In this document: positions 44,060 through 54,991 of the stretch, piece after piece
Layout of the letters: the number at the start of each line of letters is the position of its first letter
Position numbering within the stretch: the first letter of the stretch is position 1
Translations under genes and position numbers: made by a program
The notes under the pieces: model-generated
Told to the model about the DNA's origin: nothing
The model's input: only the letters and a program-made list of their open reading frames with translations
Database searches by the model: none
Assembly (NCBI GenBank): GCA_043756005.1
Contig: JAYUTB010000008.1
Coordinates: 2,316 to 66,315, forward strand
Source of the DNA: Spiroplasmataceae bacterium
Lineage (GTDB): Bacteria > Bacillota_I > Bacilli_A > Mycoplasmatales > JAYUTB01
Length of the DNA stretch: 64,000 nucleotides
Reading direction: 5' to 3'

Positions 44060-44088
44060 TTGACAAATTACACATGATAGTGTATCAT
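44060..44088 (+). promoter_or_regulatory. near-consensus sigma-70-type promoter
   Basis: TTGACA (44060-44065), a 17-nt spacer, then TATCAT (44083-88) preceded by TG. It lies 43 nt upstream of the Cys-rich ORF. Confidence 0.6.
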
Positions 44089-44130
44089 AGTATTGATCTT
44101 ATATAAATAAGATTAAGGAGTTATAAATAT

Positions 44131-44235
44131 ATGAATTGTTTGAGAAAAAAAAAATGTTGTGAAAAATGCTTGTGTAATTGTGATTGTACAATAAAAGAAG
44201 AATCATCAGATTGTACAAACGGTACTTGCGAATAA
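44131..44235 (+). CDS. 34-aa cysteine-rich peptide (9 Cys)
   Basis: AAGGAG (44115-44120) sits 10 nt before the ATG. The product is MNCLRKKKCCEKCLCNCDCTIKEESSDCTNGTCE*. The ORF is below the 60-aa cutoff of the track. It abuts the convergent purB stop. Confidence 0.5.
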   Translation: MNCLRKKKCCEKCLCNCDCTIKEESSDCTNGTCE

Positions 44236-45528
44236 TTATTTAAATATTTTTTGATAAAAATGATCAAGATTATTTAAAAAATATGCTTGATCAAACAACT
44301 CATTAAGTGTTGTTTGATCAAGCATATCGTTAATATGATGCTCTTCAAGCACTAATCGGTAATCTTGTTGTTGATCAATCGCTTGAAAAGAAGTAGTTTG
44401 AATAAAATCATAAATTTTTTCACGGGTTACGTTAGTTTTAGCTATTAAAGCTAATAAGATTCTTTGTGAAAAAAAACTTCGATGGGCACGAGCAATGTTT
44501 TTATTAATATTGGGTACATTAATCTGTAAACCATCAATGACATGGTTCATTCTGATTAACGCAAAATGAATTAAATGAAACGTATCTGGAAAAATAATCC
44601 GTTCATTAGCGGAATTAGAAATATCACGTTCATTTCATAATAAATTGTTTTCAAATGTTACGCTACAGTTGCTTCTAATTAAGCGAGCTAAACTACAAAT
44701 ATTTTCACAAAAAATCGGATTTTTTTTATGAGGTAATGAACTAGAACCGGTTTGCGTCGTTAAAAATGGTTCTTGGGCTTCATTAATTTCGCTGCGTTGT
44801 CATAATCTTATTTCAATCGCAATTTTTTCTAAACTAGTGGCTAAATTAGCTATTAATGATCAAAAAAATGCCAAACGATCCCGTGATATAATTTGATTAT
44901 TAACATTCGCCACTGATAAAGCAAGTTCATCAGCAACAAATTGTTCAATGACTGGTTGCACATGGATAAAATTACCTAACGTTCCCGCAATTTTAGCAAT
45001 TGTTACGTCAGGCATCGCCCACTGCAAACGACCAAGATGACGGTTAATTTCATCATATCAATAAGCAAATTTTAAGCCTAATGAAATTGGTTCTGCAAAA
45101 ATACCATGCGTACGACCCATGATTAATTGTCATTTATATTGATCCGCTTTACTTTTTAAGCTGGTTAATAAGTTATGCATTGCTTCAAAGACAACCATTA
45201 ATGATTGTTTAATTTGTAAACTATACGTGGTTTCAACAAGATCACCAGATGTTAATCCAAAATGAATTCATTTATGAGAAGGCAATTGATGCTGATTTAA
45301 CATTTTTAAAAAAGCAACCACATCATGTTGCGTGATTGTTTCTCAATGATTCATGATCGCTACATCAACGGTTGTTGATGTAGCGATCGCTTGATAATCT
45401 TGCTCACTGATTAAACCAAACTTAGTTCAGGCTTGACAAACTAATAGTTCAATTTTTAATCAAATCGCTAAAGTGGCTGATTCTGATCAAATCTTACCGA
45501 TCGCTGGGGTTTGATATCTTTTAATCAT
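44236..45528 (-). CDS. purB: adenylosuccinate lyase
   Basis: MIKRYQTPAIGKIWSE..., GSSSLPHKKNP (the fumarate-lyase signature SSxMPxKxN) and the C-terminal ORF 44236-44550, all in one frame with TGA=Trp. Confidence 0.88.
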
Positions 45529-45530
45529 CA

Positions 45531-46139
45531 TTAATTGTTAAGTTTAACAAATTCAGTTTGTAAGGCTGCTTTTAAATCACGGCGCAAAGATGTTGTATCA
45601 ATACCATGCAGTGTATCATGTTGTAATTGAGCTAATAAAGGTTGATATTTAACAAATAACGATTGACAATGAACTAATACTGTATTAGCTTGTGCAAGGT
45701 TTAAAAAATTACCTACTTCAACATGATTGCTATTAACTTGCAAATTTTTATAATTTTCAAAAAAATCTTTAATTTCTAATTTAGTATGATTTGATAAATC
45801 AGTAATATCGTTAAGCTGATCAAATCTCGGATCATTCGCTACCACACCAATTAATTTAGTATCACCTTCACCATTATCGATCATGTCTAGTGCGCCAACT
45901 ATCTTAACAGCCACATGACAACCTGGAAAAGTAGGATAAGTTGAAACAACAATAATATCTAATGGATCACCATCAAAATCTAACGTTTGCTGAACAAATC
46001 CATATTCACCTGGATAAAAATTAGCTCCATATAAAACACGATCTAAATGCATCTGACCAGTCATCGCATTAAATTCATACTTATTACTTGAAAACTTTGG
46101 TATTTCAATAACCACATCGATGATTAATTTATGAGACAT
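45531..46139 (-). CDS. ppa: inorganic pyrophosphatase (family I)
   Basis: VIEIPKFSSNKYEF, DGDPLD and the GEGDTKL segment are typical of family I enzymes. Confidence 0.92.
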   Translation of the reverse strand: MSHKLIIDVVIEIPKFSSNKYEFNAMTGQMHLDRVLYGANFYPGEYGFVQQTLDFDGDPLDIIVVSTYPTFPGCHVAVKIVGALDMIDNGEGDTKLIGVVANDPRFDQLNDITDLSNHTKLEIKDFFENYKNLQVNSNHVEVGNFLNLAQANTVLVHCQSLFVKYQPLLAQLQHDTLHGIDTTSLRRDLKAALQTEFVKLNN

Positions 46140-46365
46140 TTATAAAACCTTGTAATAAAAATTAAACAAATATTGATTGTGTTGTTAATTAACAAAAATC
46201 AATATATTAATTTTATACTAATAAATCTTGATAATCATGAATTAATGTTTTTTAATAATGAGATAAAATCATTAAACATCATTTGATATGATTTTGTAAT
46301 GAATGATTTACTGCATATCAGATTAAAACATTCATAAAATACAAAAATCGCCATTCAATTTTTGA

Positions 46366-46391
46366 TAGCTGTTATCAATTGATAACAGCTA
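46366..46391. terminator. 26-nt perfect palindrome downstream of the 46425 gene
   Basis: TAGCTGTTATCAATTGATAACAGCTA. Confidence 0.65.
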
Positions 46392-46424
46392 AATTGTAAT
46401 GTTTAAATATGATGTTATTTAAAT

Positions 46425-47382
46425 TTAGTTGTTGTTTTGAGCTGCTTTTAATTTTGCATCGGCTTCATCTAATGTTTGTTGAGCTGTTTTTAATTTTGCA
46501 TCAGCATCGTCTAATTTATTTTTACTTTCTAATCAACTTGATGAGTTGTTGAAATTTAAATTTGCAAAATCAATTGTTTGGTTAAATTTACTTAAAATAG
46601 GTTTGATATATGATGGAGAATATATATTATTCAATACTTGTAAAACATAAATTGATGATCAATTTTGATTTTTGATTGCATTAATTACATTAAATTCATT
46701 TTTTACAAACATAATATTAAAATTATTATCACTCGATTTTGGAATGAATAATGCAAGTAATTCTTTTAGTGCTGTTGTTTTTGTTTTTTCATCGGTTGCG
46801 TTAATTCATTTATCTAATAATGTTTTTTTAGCAGTATCTGTTGCAGGCATTAATGCTGTAAGTAATGTTTTTAGTGCGTTTATTTTTTCTGTTTCATCGG
46901 TTGCGTTAATTCATTTATCTAATAATGCTTTGTGATCTTTTGCTAATGCTTTAAGTAATTGTAGTAAAGAATTTTCGGTTGTTGCGATATTTGATGCTGG
47001 ATTTATAAATAATTGAAAATATGTTCTGCTTTTATCTCCACTTTTTGATAAAATTTTATTTAAATTTGTTGTTAAATTAGATTGTTCGGTTTGTAAATAA
47101 AATTTATAATTAAATATTGATTTAAGTAAATCTAAATCTAAAATTTTAGAATTTAAGAAATTTGAATTTATAATATTAAAATTTTGTTGAGCATGTTGTT
47201 GGTTTGTTTTTGCATGTTGTTGGTTTGTTTTTGCATGTTGTTGGTTTTTTATTGCATCATCTAATTCTTTATCAACACCTCAACAATTTTTTGCTGATGT
47301 TGAAATAACAACTGCCGGTATTGTTATCAAACTAAATAAAACAACTTTATTTAAGTTTGTAAATTTCAATAATTTTTTCATA
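46425..47382 (-). pseudogene. putative surface lipoprotein, frame broken inside the signal peptide at a T5 run
   Basis: ATG 47382 gives [16 protein letters not shown]. After removing one T at comp. 47338-47342 the frame reads LFSLITIPAVVISTSAKNC... and stays open to TAA 46425. It contains NQQHAKT x3 and LLDKWINATDE x2 repeats. Confidence 0.7.
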
Positions 47383-47434
47383 AAAACAACTTCCTTTTCA
47401 TAAGTTGTTTTTATTTTATATATATAAAGTCAAG
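47383..47434 (-). promoter_or_regulatory. promoter/leader cassette with (TA)5 and SD-overlapping hairpin
   Basis: On the reverse strand: TTGACT (47429-47434), T, (TA)5 (47418-47427), AAATAAAAA, hairpin AACAACTT/AAGTTGTT (47386-47410) overlapping AAGGAAG, ATG 47382. Confidence 0.65.
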
Positions 47435-47820
47435 TTTTAAAATATGTAACTGGATTTAGGTTTAATTTCTCTTGTAATAATATTTTACTGATGATAATGC
47501 TAGTAAATAGGTGATTAATTTAAATGAATTAAAATGACTTTTAATGAATGTTAAATATTAACTTACGTTAATTGTTTTCATTAATTTAATAATAATATAT
47601 TAACTGGTAGTTTTGTTTAAGTTTTTATATTTTTTAATATATATTTTTCTAAAACAATAATTAACTAAACGATCTGAAAATAAAACTTGATATGTTTGTC
47701 ATATTTACCATTATTTATTACTAAATAAAATAATACTTTTTATGAATTTGATTCAATACAAACAATTGAATGGATAAAATATAATAATTGTTAACATTTA
47801 TATAAATGTTAAATTTTATA

Positions 47821-48356
47821 TTATTTTTTACGTTTTTTGATGATTAAAATTAATGCAGTAATTAAAGCGATAACTAATATTAAGCCGCCCCCGCAATAAT
47901 TGGTATCTTATATTTTGTTCAAATTAATTTTATTTTATCAGCTTTGTTTGTTGTTAATTTTAAATCAGTTGTATATAAAGTTTTAATATTATCAACTGTT
48001 TTTTCAATGTAATTTGTGTTGTTGTGATTTACGATTGTATATATTTTACTTTCAATACCATTAACATCATAAATTTTATCAGCTGTTATGAACAATTTAT
48101 CATTATCAATTTTAATTAAATTATTTTTAATGTATTTTTTAGTTTTATCTTTGTTAGTTACTTCAATGGCTTGGTTTGTTATTGTTCACCCATCTTTTAT
48201 ATACATTAGTGTTTTGTTGTCTATAGTTGCTAAAATTATTCGCAAATCAAGCAGAGTTAATGTTGAAATACTCGTGTAATTTTCTATTAGATAAAACAAG
48301 TTCTTTGCATAGTATAAAGTTTTAGTTTTATCTTTATTAGTTACTTCTAAACAATG
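47821..48356 (-). pseudogene. C-terminal remainder of the 48357-49775 surface-protein gene (cut off by TAG and by a frameshift)
   Basis: The frame stays open after TAG 48357-48359 down to TAA 47880 and keeps the same repeat type (YIEKTVDNIKTLYTTD). The TM anchor LILVIALITALILIIKKRKK* (to 47821) is in the adjacent frame beyond the C5/G5 run at 47888-47892. Confidence 0.6.
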
Positions 48357-49775
48357 CTAAAACAATTTTGTTTGTTGAGTAATTTCGCCAATGTAGCTTT
48401 TTGTTTTGACTTTTAAGTCTGCTGTATATAAAGTTTTATTTTCATCCTTGTCAGTTGTTTCTAAGTAATTGATTGTTAAATCCGATTCCAAGATAGAATT
48501 TTGTTGTTTAAATTCAAATATGCGTTTTTTAATTGAAGTGTAATTTGTAATTGAATTTGTACCATCCATTGTATATAAAGTTTTAACATTATCAATTGTT
48601 TTTTCAATGTAATCTGTGTTGGGTGGTTTGGTTGTTTTGTATAATGTGCTTTGTTTTAAATCAACATTATACAATTTTATTTCTGTATCAAAAGTTACTA
48701 TTAATAATTTGTCAGTATCAAGTGTTTTTTCTTCGATGGTTTTGTAGTTTTCTATTTTTTTAGTTGAATCACTTAAAAGATATAAATTATTAGTTTTATT
48801 ATCGTTATTTTTTGATATGTATTTGATGTCAAAATATTTTTCAAGTTGATAAATGTTTTTTAACACTAAATCAGTATCAAAAAATTTATTTTCTTCACCA
48901 ATCGTTGTCATAAATAATTTTGTGTTATCAACAGTTATTTTTTTAATATCGTCAGTGTAGTTTTCAATTTTGTTTTTTAAGTCTGTTGTATATAAAGTTT
49001 TCGTACCATCTACGTTAGTTGATTCTAAGTAGTCTTTACCATCAACTTTTTTTTGTGAAATTGTTTTGTATTCGTTTGTTCAATTGTCGAAATTATACAA
49101 TAATATTGTTTTTCCAGAAATTGTTATTTCAATATATTTAATATTATTTATTTGTATAAATTTTTTAGATGCGTCTACTTTTTTAAAAGTAGTCATGTTG
49201 TAAACACATTCAGCATCATTAATATTTAATATTAAATAATTGTTTGGAAAAATTGTGAATTGTTTAGTAATGTTACTAATTTTCATGATTTTTTTTGTTG
49301 GATCGGTGAAAAGATATAAATCAAATGTGGGAGATGTATGAAATTGATATTTGATATAATATATATTAAAGTAATCTATTAATACATAATCTGGTGTTGA
49401 AATCTCTAATGTATGGAATAAAAAATTTTTATTTTTAACAGTTGTTGTTTGAATGTCACCTGAATATTGGGTTTTTTGATTTGCATTTTTTGTATATAAA
49501 GTTTTTGTCTTGTCAAGGTTATCTTTGATTATGTAATCTATACCAAAATGTTTTTTGTTGGATAGGTTTTTGTTGATGATGGTGGTTTGTTGGTTGGTAA
49601 AAATTCAATTGTCGGAGGTTCCAGTAATGTTATATAATATGCCGTCTATAGTAACAGATTTTATTGAAGGCTGAGATGTATTTTGTTGAACATCAGCACT
49701 CATTAATAAAGCTGATACTAATATCATTGGAGTGGTAATTAATAATGGCGATAGTTTGTAAAATATTTTTTTCAT
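48357..49775 (-). CDS. surface protein of the KTLY-repeat family (truncated form, 472 aa)
   Basis: ATG at 49775, signal peptide MKKIFYKLSPLLITTPMILVSALLMSA. Track ORFs 49080-49286 and 48357-48911 share a frame joined by TGA. It has repeats Y[IL]ExT.D..KTLYT like the 23698 gene. Confidence 0.7.
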
Positions 49776-49780
49776 ATACT

Positions 49781-50659
49781 TTATTTACCATAACCAATAA
49801 AAACAATACACCCTGGTCCGACATGAGCGGTAATTGTGTTAGCAAGTCGGAGGTATGAAATATTTTTAATACCTTTGCGCATAGCAAGTTCATGCGCAAA
49901 TATTTTTGATGATTCAATGTCTTGAGCTTGTGAATAAGCAATGACTAAATTATCAATTTGATTAACATCACCATGAAATGTAATTAATGCGTTTAAAGCT
50001 TTGTCACAAGCAAATTTAAATGTTCGTGACATTTGATATTTATGAATACCTTTTAATGAATATTCTAAAATAACTTTAAATTGGATGAGGTCAAGAATTT
50101 CAGTGGCTGATTTAATGAAACGACCACCTTCTTGAATAAAGCTAATATTAAATGGTATAAAATAAGCAGAAGTTAGACTTCGTAGCGTTACTACATACTT
50201 ACAAATTTTGATAAAGCTAAAGTTAGGTAAATTAATTAAGGCATTTACTTTTAAAACAATATTTTTTAAGATTGGACCAGCAGCATTAGCATCAATTAAT
50301 AAAACTTTATTTTTATACTTTTTTTGAGTTTCTAAGTATTTTTTAACGACACCATATTGTGAAGATAATAATGAGTCAATCGGTATATAAATAATTTGAT
50401 CATAATCGATTAATAGTTCATCAAAGGTTGCAATTAATGTATTAATTGGTACAAAACTAGTACTAATTTTACTATTAATGTTATTAGCTAATAATTCATC
50501 AAACGGATTAGCACTTTCTAAATCACCTTCATCATCAAAACTAATATGTTGCGCATGATTATCAAACATTATCGTTAATGGCAGTACTTTAATATTATAA
50601 AAAGCTGGTTCATTATTTAATAAATTAGCTGATGAATCGGTAACAATAATTCTTTTCAT
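49781..50659 (-). CDS. DegV-family fatty-acid-binding protein
   Basis: MKRIIVTDSSANL... at the N-terminus, with length and pattern typical of DegV. Confidence 0.85.
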   Translation of the reverse strand: MKRIIVTDSSANLLNNEPAFYNIKVLPLTIMFDNHAQHISFDDEGDLESANPFDELLANNINSKISTSFVPINTLIATFDELLIDYDQIIYIPIDSLLSSQYGVVKKYLETQKKYKNKVLLIDANAAGPILKNIVLKVNALINLPNFSFIKICKYVVTLRSLTSAYFIPFNISFIQEGGRFIKSATEILDLIQFKVILEYSLKGIHKYQMSRTFKFACDKALNALITFHGDVNQIDNLVIAYSQAQDIESSKIFAHELAMRKGIKNISYLRLANTITAHVGPGCIVFIGYGK

Positions 50660-50692
50660 AAATAATATTTATCTAATTATAACATTATATTT

Positions 50693-51652
50693 ATGATTAT
50701 TTTTCGGTATTATATTAAACATAACAATGGTATTTTTAACAATCATCTAAAGGATATTGACAAAATTAAAACATTAACAAATAAATTATTACGTGGCGAA
50801 GTGGTTGTTAAAAACATTAAACAGCAATGTTTAGCATTTCAAAAGTTATATTTAGCAGATATAAAGCTAAATATGACGATTATTAAGTTTAATAACTGCA
50901 ATGATTCAATTAACTCTTATATTGATAATATTGTTAAAACATGCACGGCAATGGATATTAATTATCATATTAACACTCTTGATGCACTAACCATAACCGA
51001 AACGCAATTCATTGATATGATTAAATCATTAAATGAGCAATCAGCAATACATGGTTATATCATTCCCTTACCATTACCATTCACTATCAATATGAATAAC
51101 ATTTATCAATCTATCGCACCGCTGAAAGATGTTGATGGATGTTCCCTAATTAATTTAGGTCAATTAATTAAACAACAACCACCATTAATTGTACCCGCTA
51201 CCGCGGCAGCAGTCTTAAGGCTCATAAACCATTATCAAATTAAGCTGATCAACACTTACGTAGTAATTGTGGGAGCTAGTATGCAAGTTGGCAAACCATT
51301 AGCTAATTTATTATGACAACATCATGCAATCGTAACCATTTGTAATATCTTAACAAAGAATTTAAAAACATATACGCAACAAGCCGACATATTAATTGTG
51401 GCAGTTGGAAAAATTAATTTAATTACCCGTGATATGGTTAAAGTAGGATCAATAGTAATTGATATTGGTTGTAATTATAATGATCAAGCAACATTAGTCG
51501 GTGATGTTGATTTTGCAGCAATTAAAGATCACGTAGCGGGCATCACGCCGGTACCCGGCGGCATTGGCCCAATTACAAGTATCATGTTGATGATGAATTT
51601 ATTAAAACTTTATGCTCATCAACATCAATTACCAACTGATTTATTAGATTAA
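50693..51652 (+). CDS. folD: bifunctional methylenetetrahydrofolate dehydrogenase/cyclohydrolase
   Basis: [30 protein letters not shown] and [11 protein letters not shown] motifs. Two track ORFs are joined by TGA. The N-terminal about 25 aa look like an extension, so the start is uncertain. Confidence 0.85.
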
Positions 51653-51777
51653 TAAAAATTATAGGTGTAACGTTTTAAAAAAGAGTAATTTAAAGTAAAC
51701 ACAATCATTATATTTTCCTTTTATAAAGGTAGTTTTATTAGATTTTTTGTATCTTTTAAATAATAAAAAATCTAATA

Positions 51778-51854
51778 CTAAAGCGTATGCTAAACGAGTA
51801 ATCGAAATTTGTCTCTTTAACAAATTTCGATTACTCGTTTAGCATACGCTTTAG
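51778..51854. repeat. 77-nt palindromic element (35-bp perfect stem, 7-nt loop)
   Basis: CTAAAGCGTATGCTAAACGAGTAATCGAAATTTGT-CTCTTTA-ACAAATTTCGATTACTCGTTTAGCATACGCTTTAG. Partial copies lie at 23517-23578 and 25485-25529. It sits between convergent genes, so it may also act as a terminator. Confidence 0.9.
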
Positions 51855-52226
51855 GGGTGGTTTTTTACCAAATCATTTTGCTAATAAAGTTGGTGCTTTA
51901 GTGGTAACAATGTTAACGGCTCGTTCTAACAACACTTTATTTTCTTCTTCTAAGTCTAATTTACGTTGTGTAGCTTTTTTAATAAAACTTAAGTAAGTAG
52001 CTTGACAAAAACTGTTAAAGGTTAACGAAAGAAAAATTGAAAATAAGGCTTGATAAGCAAAGATACGATAATTAATTACTGGAGATGATGGATTTGTTTT
52101 CATGATTTGGTTAATTAATACGATTCAGATTATTAAAAAAATGATTGATAACAAAAATGAACATCCAAATACCACCAACACATATTTAACGTTATGTTTA
52201 TGAAAATGATTTAAAATATTATGCAT
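51831..52226 (-). CDS. small hypothetical membrane protein (131 aa)
   Basis: ATG at 52226. Two hydrophobic helices. Track ORF 51873-52103 extends through TGA; its last 8 codons lie in the right arm of the palindrome. Confidence 0.45.
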
Positions 52227-52255
52227 TTAATGGCTGTATAAAAATGTATTTAATA

Positions 52256-52331
52256 TGGTACCCACGATAAGACTTGAACTTATGGCCACATACTTAGAAG
52301 GCATGTGCTCTATCCACTGAGCTACGTGGGC
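52256..52331 (-). tRNA. tRNA-Arg (anticodon UCU)
   Basis: The reverse strand GCCCACGTAGCTCAGTGGATAGAGCACATGCCTTCTAAGTATGTGGCCATAAGTTCAAGTCTTATCGTGGGTACCA gives a clean cloverleaf with anticodon loop CU-UCU-AA. Confidence 0.92.
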
Positions 52332-52377
52332 ATGTAGACATGCTTTGGATAAACTAATTGTAAATTATTTTTAATAT

Positions 52378-53697
52378 TTATGAATTATTTTGTCACAAAA
52401 ATTCAAAAACTAAATTTTCTTTCATTTTTTCAGTTACAATTTTTCGAAATTGTTCCACATTATTTGGATCTAAAGAACCTTCAATGTTTTTTAAATCTTC
52501 ACTGTTAAAATGATTTGGCATATCCATTTTTTCTAATTTAAAAATTTCAGCAACCATTAATTTGATCACAAATTTTCGTTCAGCATCAACAATTAATTCT
52601 TGATCAATCGCTTCTTCAGATAATTTTGTAAATAATCGATATTCATTATAAGTAATTTGTTTTGTCTTTAATTTGCCAATAAATTCCTCTTTAAGAGCGG
52701 GTAATTCTTGCATAATCACCGCTTCAGCAATATTTACTTTACTTTTATCAAAAATTAATTCAATAATTTTTTCATGAAAGGCATCTTTGACTAATAAAGT
52801 TGCTTCTTTTTCGATTTGTTGTTTGATTCAATCAACACATGCTTGTTCGGTAATATGTTTGGTTTTATAGAAAGTATTAAATTTATTTAAAAAAACTTCA
52901 TTGATGGCAAGAGGTGGCAATACACAAATCTTTTGGATTTCGACAATTAATTCAATTTTTTTAGCAGTTTGTTCTTCAAACTGAGGTATGTCAAATACAA
53001 TTTTGTTTATTGACCCAACTTTTTGATTGAGAGTGGTTTTTAAAAAATGATTAACAAATAATTGTTCATATTCGTTAGTTTTATGCAAAATTGCTGTATC
53101 AAGAATAATCATTTTTTGTTCATTCATAAAATCTTGAATTAAAAACTTTAAAAATACATTAGTAACTGCTGATGCTTCAACAATTCTAAAAAAAACTACA
53201 TCACCATGGGCAATAGTTGCTTTTTCAAGTGTAGGAGTTGGTAGATATTTATGCAATAAAACATTGATTTCGGTAGCAACGGCTTCATCACTGATGGGCG
53301 GAATTTCTTTAGAAATCCCCGTTTTTAAACCTTTATATTTACCAATCTTAATGGTAGGTGTTAATGCAAAATTAAAATGTAATTCACATTCTTTATCATC
53401 AGCTTTGATAATATCAATTGATGGTCTATTATAAGGAACAATGATGGCATTTTCAAGGATTGCTTGCTCATAAGCTTTATGAGCAAAGAGATTGATGGCT
53501 TTATTAACAAGTTGCGTTGTGGTTAAATACCCACTTGCTAAATCTAATGGGGCCTTTCCTGGACGAAAGCCAGGCACAGTTACTGATTCAACTAATTTTG
53601 CTTTAGCTTCATCCATGACCGCTTGTCATGTTGCACCATCAATATTAGCAATATATTGACCGGTGGTATTTTCAATATTTTTAGCCGTAATTTTCAT
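52378..53697 (-). CDS. tig: trigger factor
   Basis: The N-terminal ribosome-binding motif GFRPGKAP is present. Track ORFs 52393-52719 and 52828-53616 share one frame. It extends through TGA to TAA 52378. Confidence 0.88.
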
Positions 53698-53730
53698 ATG
53701 TTACTCCATTTGGGTTTTTATTAATTATAA

Positions 53731-54465
53731 CTAAAAATTTAATTTTTTTAAAGCCAACATTACTGCTTGATGATTAATTATTATTTGATCATCAATATCA
53801 AGTAATGTTGGTTCATTTAATATATGTAAAGTATGTTTGATTAATGCTATCGCTCAAACATCAGCACTGATTGCGGTTGTTATAAAAGGATAATGATGGT
53901 GATAATAATATTTAAAAGTTTCTAACGCCATATAATAAATAGCCGGATTGGTTTGATAACATTGTTGTTTAATAAGTGGTTTTAATAATAAATATAAGGC
54001 TGATTGATCAACATCAACAAATTCAGCAATATTTATCTTCACTAATTGATGGTGCAAATAAACATTGATCCAGCCATGTTGACCATGGTTTTTCAATAAC
54101 TTTACAATTGCAAATTTATGATAATTAAAAAACAACTGATTAATTAAATAAAGTTTTAAAGTTGCTATAAATGGTTGTAAATCATGACGATGTTTGTTTG
54201 ATAAATAATGAAAAACAATCGGATGTATTTCTTGATCTAATGGGTTGTGTAATATATCAATGATGGTGGCATTATTTTCTCAATCAATCAACCGATTTTT
54301 AATCATATTAATATTAAAAATAATGGTTTGATAATATTGATGATAGGTTTTAATATCTAAATCATGATCATCAGCATCAATGGTAATTAATCATTGATAC
54401 GCTTGTTGAAAAGAGGCTGATTTAATCAGTAAAGAGATGTTTTGTAAAATAATTGTATTAAGCAT
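53731..54465 (-). CDS. hypothetical protein (244 aa)
   Basis: ATG at 54465. One frame with TGA=Trp that includes track ORF 53854-54135. No motif recognised. Confidence 0.45.
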
Positions 54466-54563
54466 GTTGATGAAATTTCCAATTGATTATGATGTTAATA
54501 AATTAAAAAAATATAAAGTGTTAATTAAAAAGTATAATTTAGTTCAATATCAATTATAACATT

Positions 54564-54959
54564 ATGAAAAACAAATCAATGGCACTAATGAGAGAAGCGA
54601 TGATGCATTTTTTATATACTCATTTTTTATTAAACACTTCTGTAGCAGATAGTCAATTGCAATTAAATCAGGATCCAAATTTTAATGATTATCAATTACA
54701 AAAAGTAACATTAATTTTAACAAAATTACATCATATTTTAAATATGATTAGCCAGCACATGAAAATTGATTGATCATTTGCAAGATTAGCTTGTATTGAT
54801 AAAGCCATCTTAGTGATTGCCACTTATGAAATAATTTATGAAAAACTTGATTACAAAATTGCCATCAATGAAGCAATAAAAATGAGTAAAAAATATGGCA
54901 ATAGTACTGATTATAAATATATTAACGGGGTGTTAGAAGCTATTAAGACTCATCAATAA
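54564..54959 (+). CDS. nusB: transcription antitermination factor NusB
   Basis: REAMMHFLY..., DKAILVIATYEIIY and INEAIKMSKKYG...YINGVLE match the NusB pattern. The frame continues past TGA 54771 to TAA 54957-54959. Confidence 0.8.
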
Positions 54960-54979
54960 ACAAGCGTTTATTGATGAGT
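54948..54979. terminator. bidirectional hairpin terminator (14-bp stem)
   Basis: ACTCATCAATAAAC-AAGC-GTTTATTGATGAGT followed by TTTT. It lies between convergent nusB and the 54992 gene. Confidence 0.8.
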
Positions 54980-54991
54980 TTTACAATGATC

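Noticed and set aside
46672-46935. 87-aa plus-strand ORF. Also 48088-48279 on the plus strand.
   Set aside because: They are antisense to the repeat-containing surface-protein genes on the minus strand, so they are repeat shadows.
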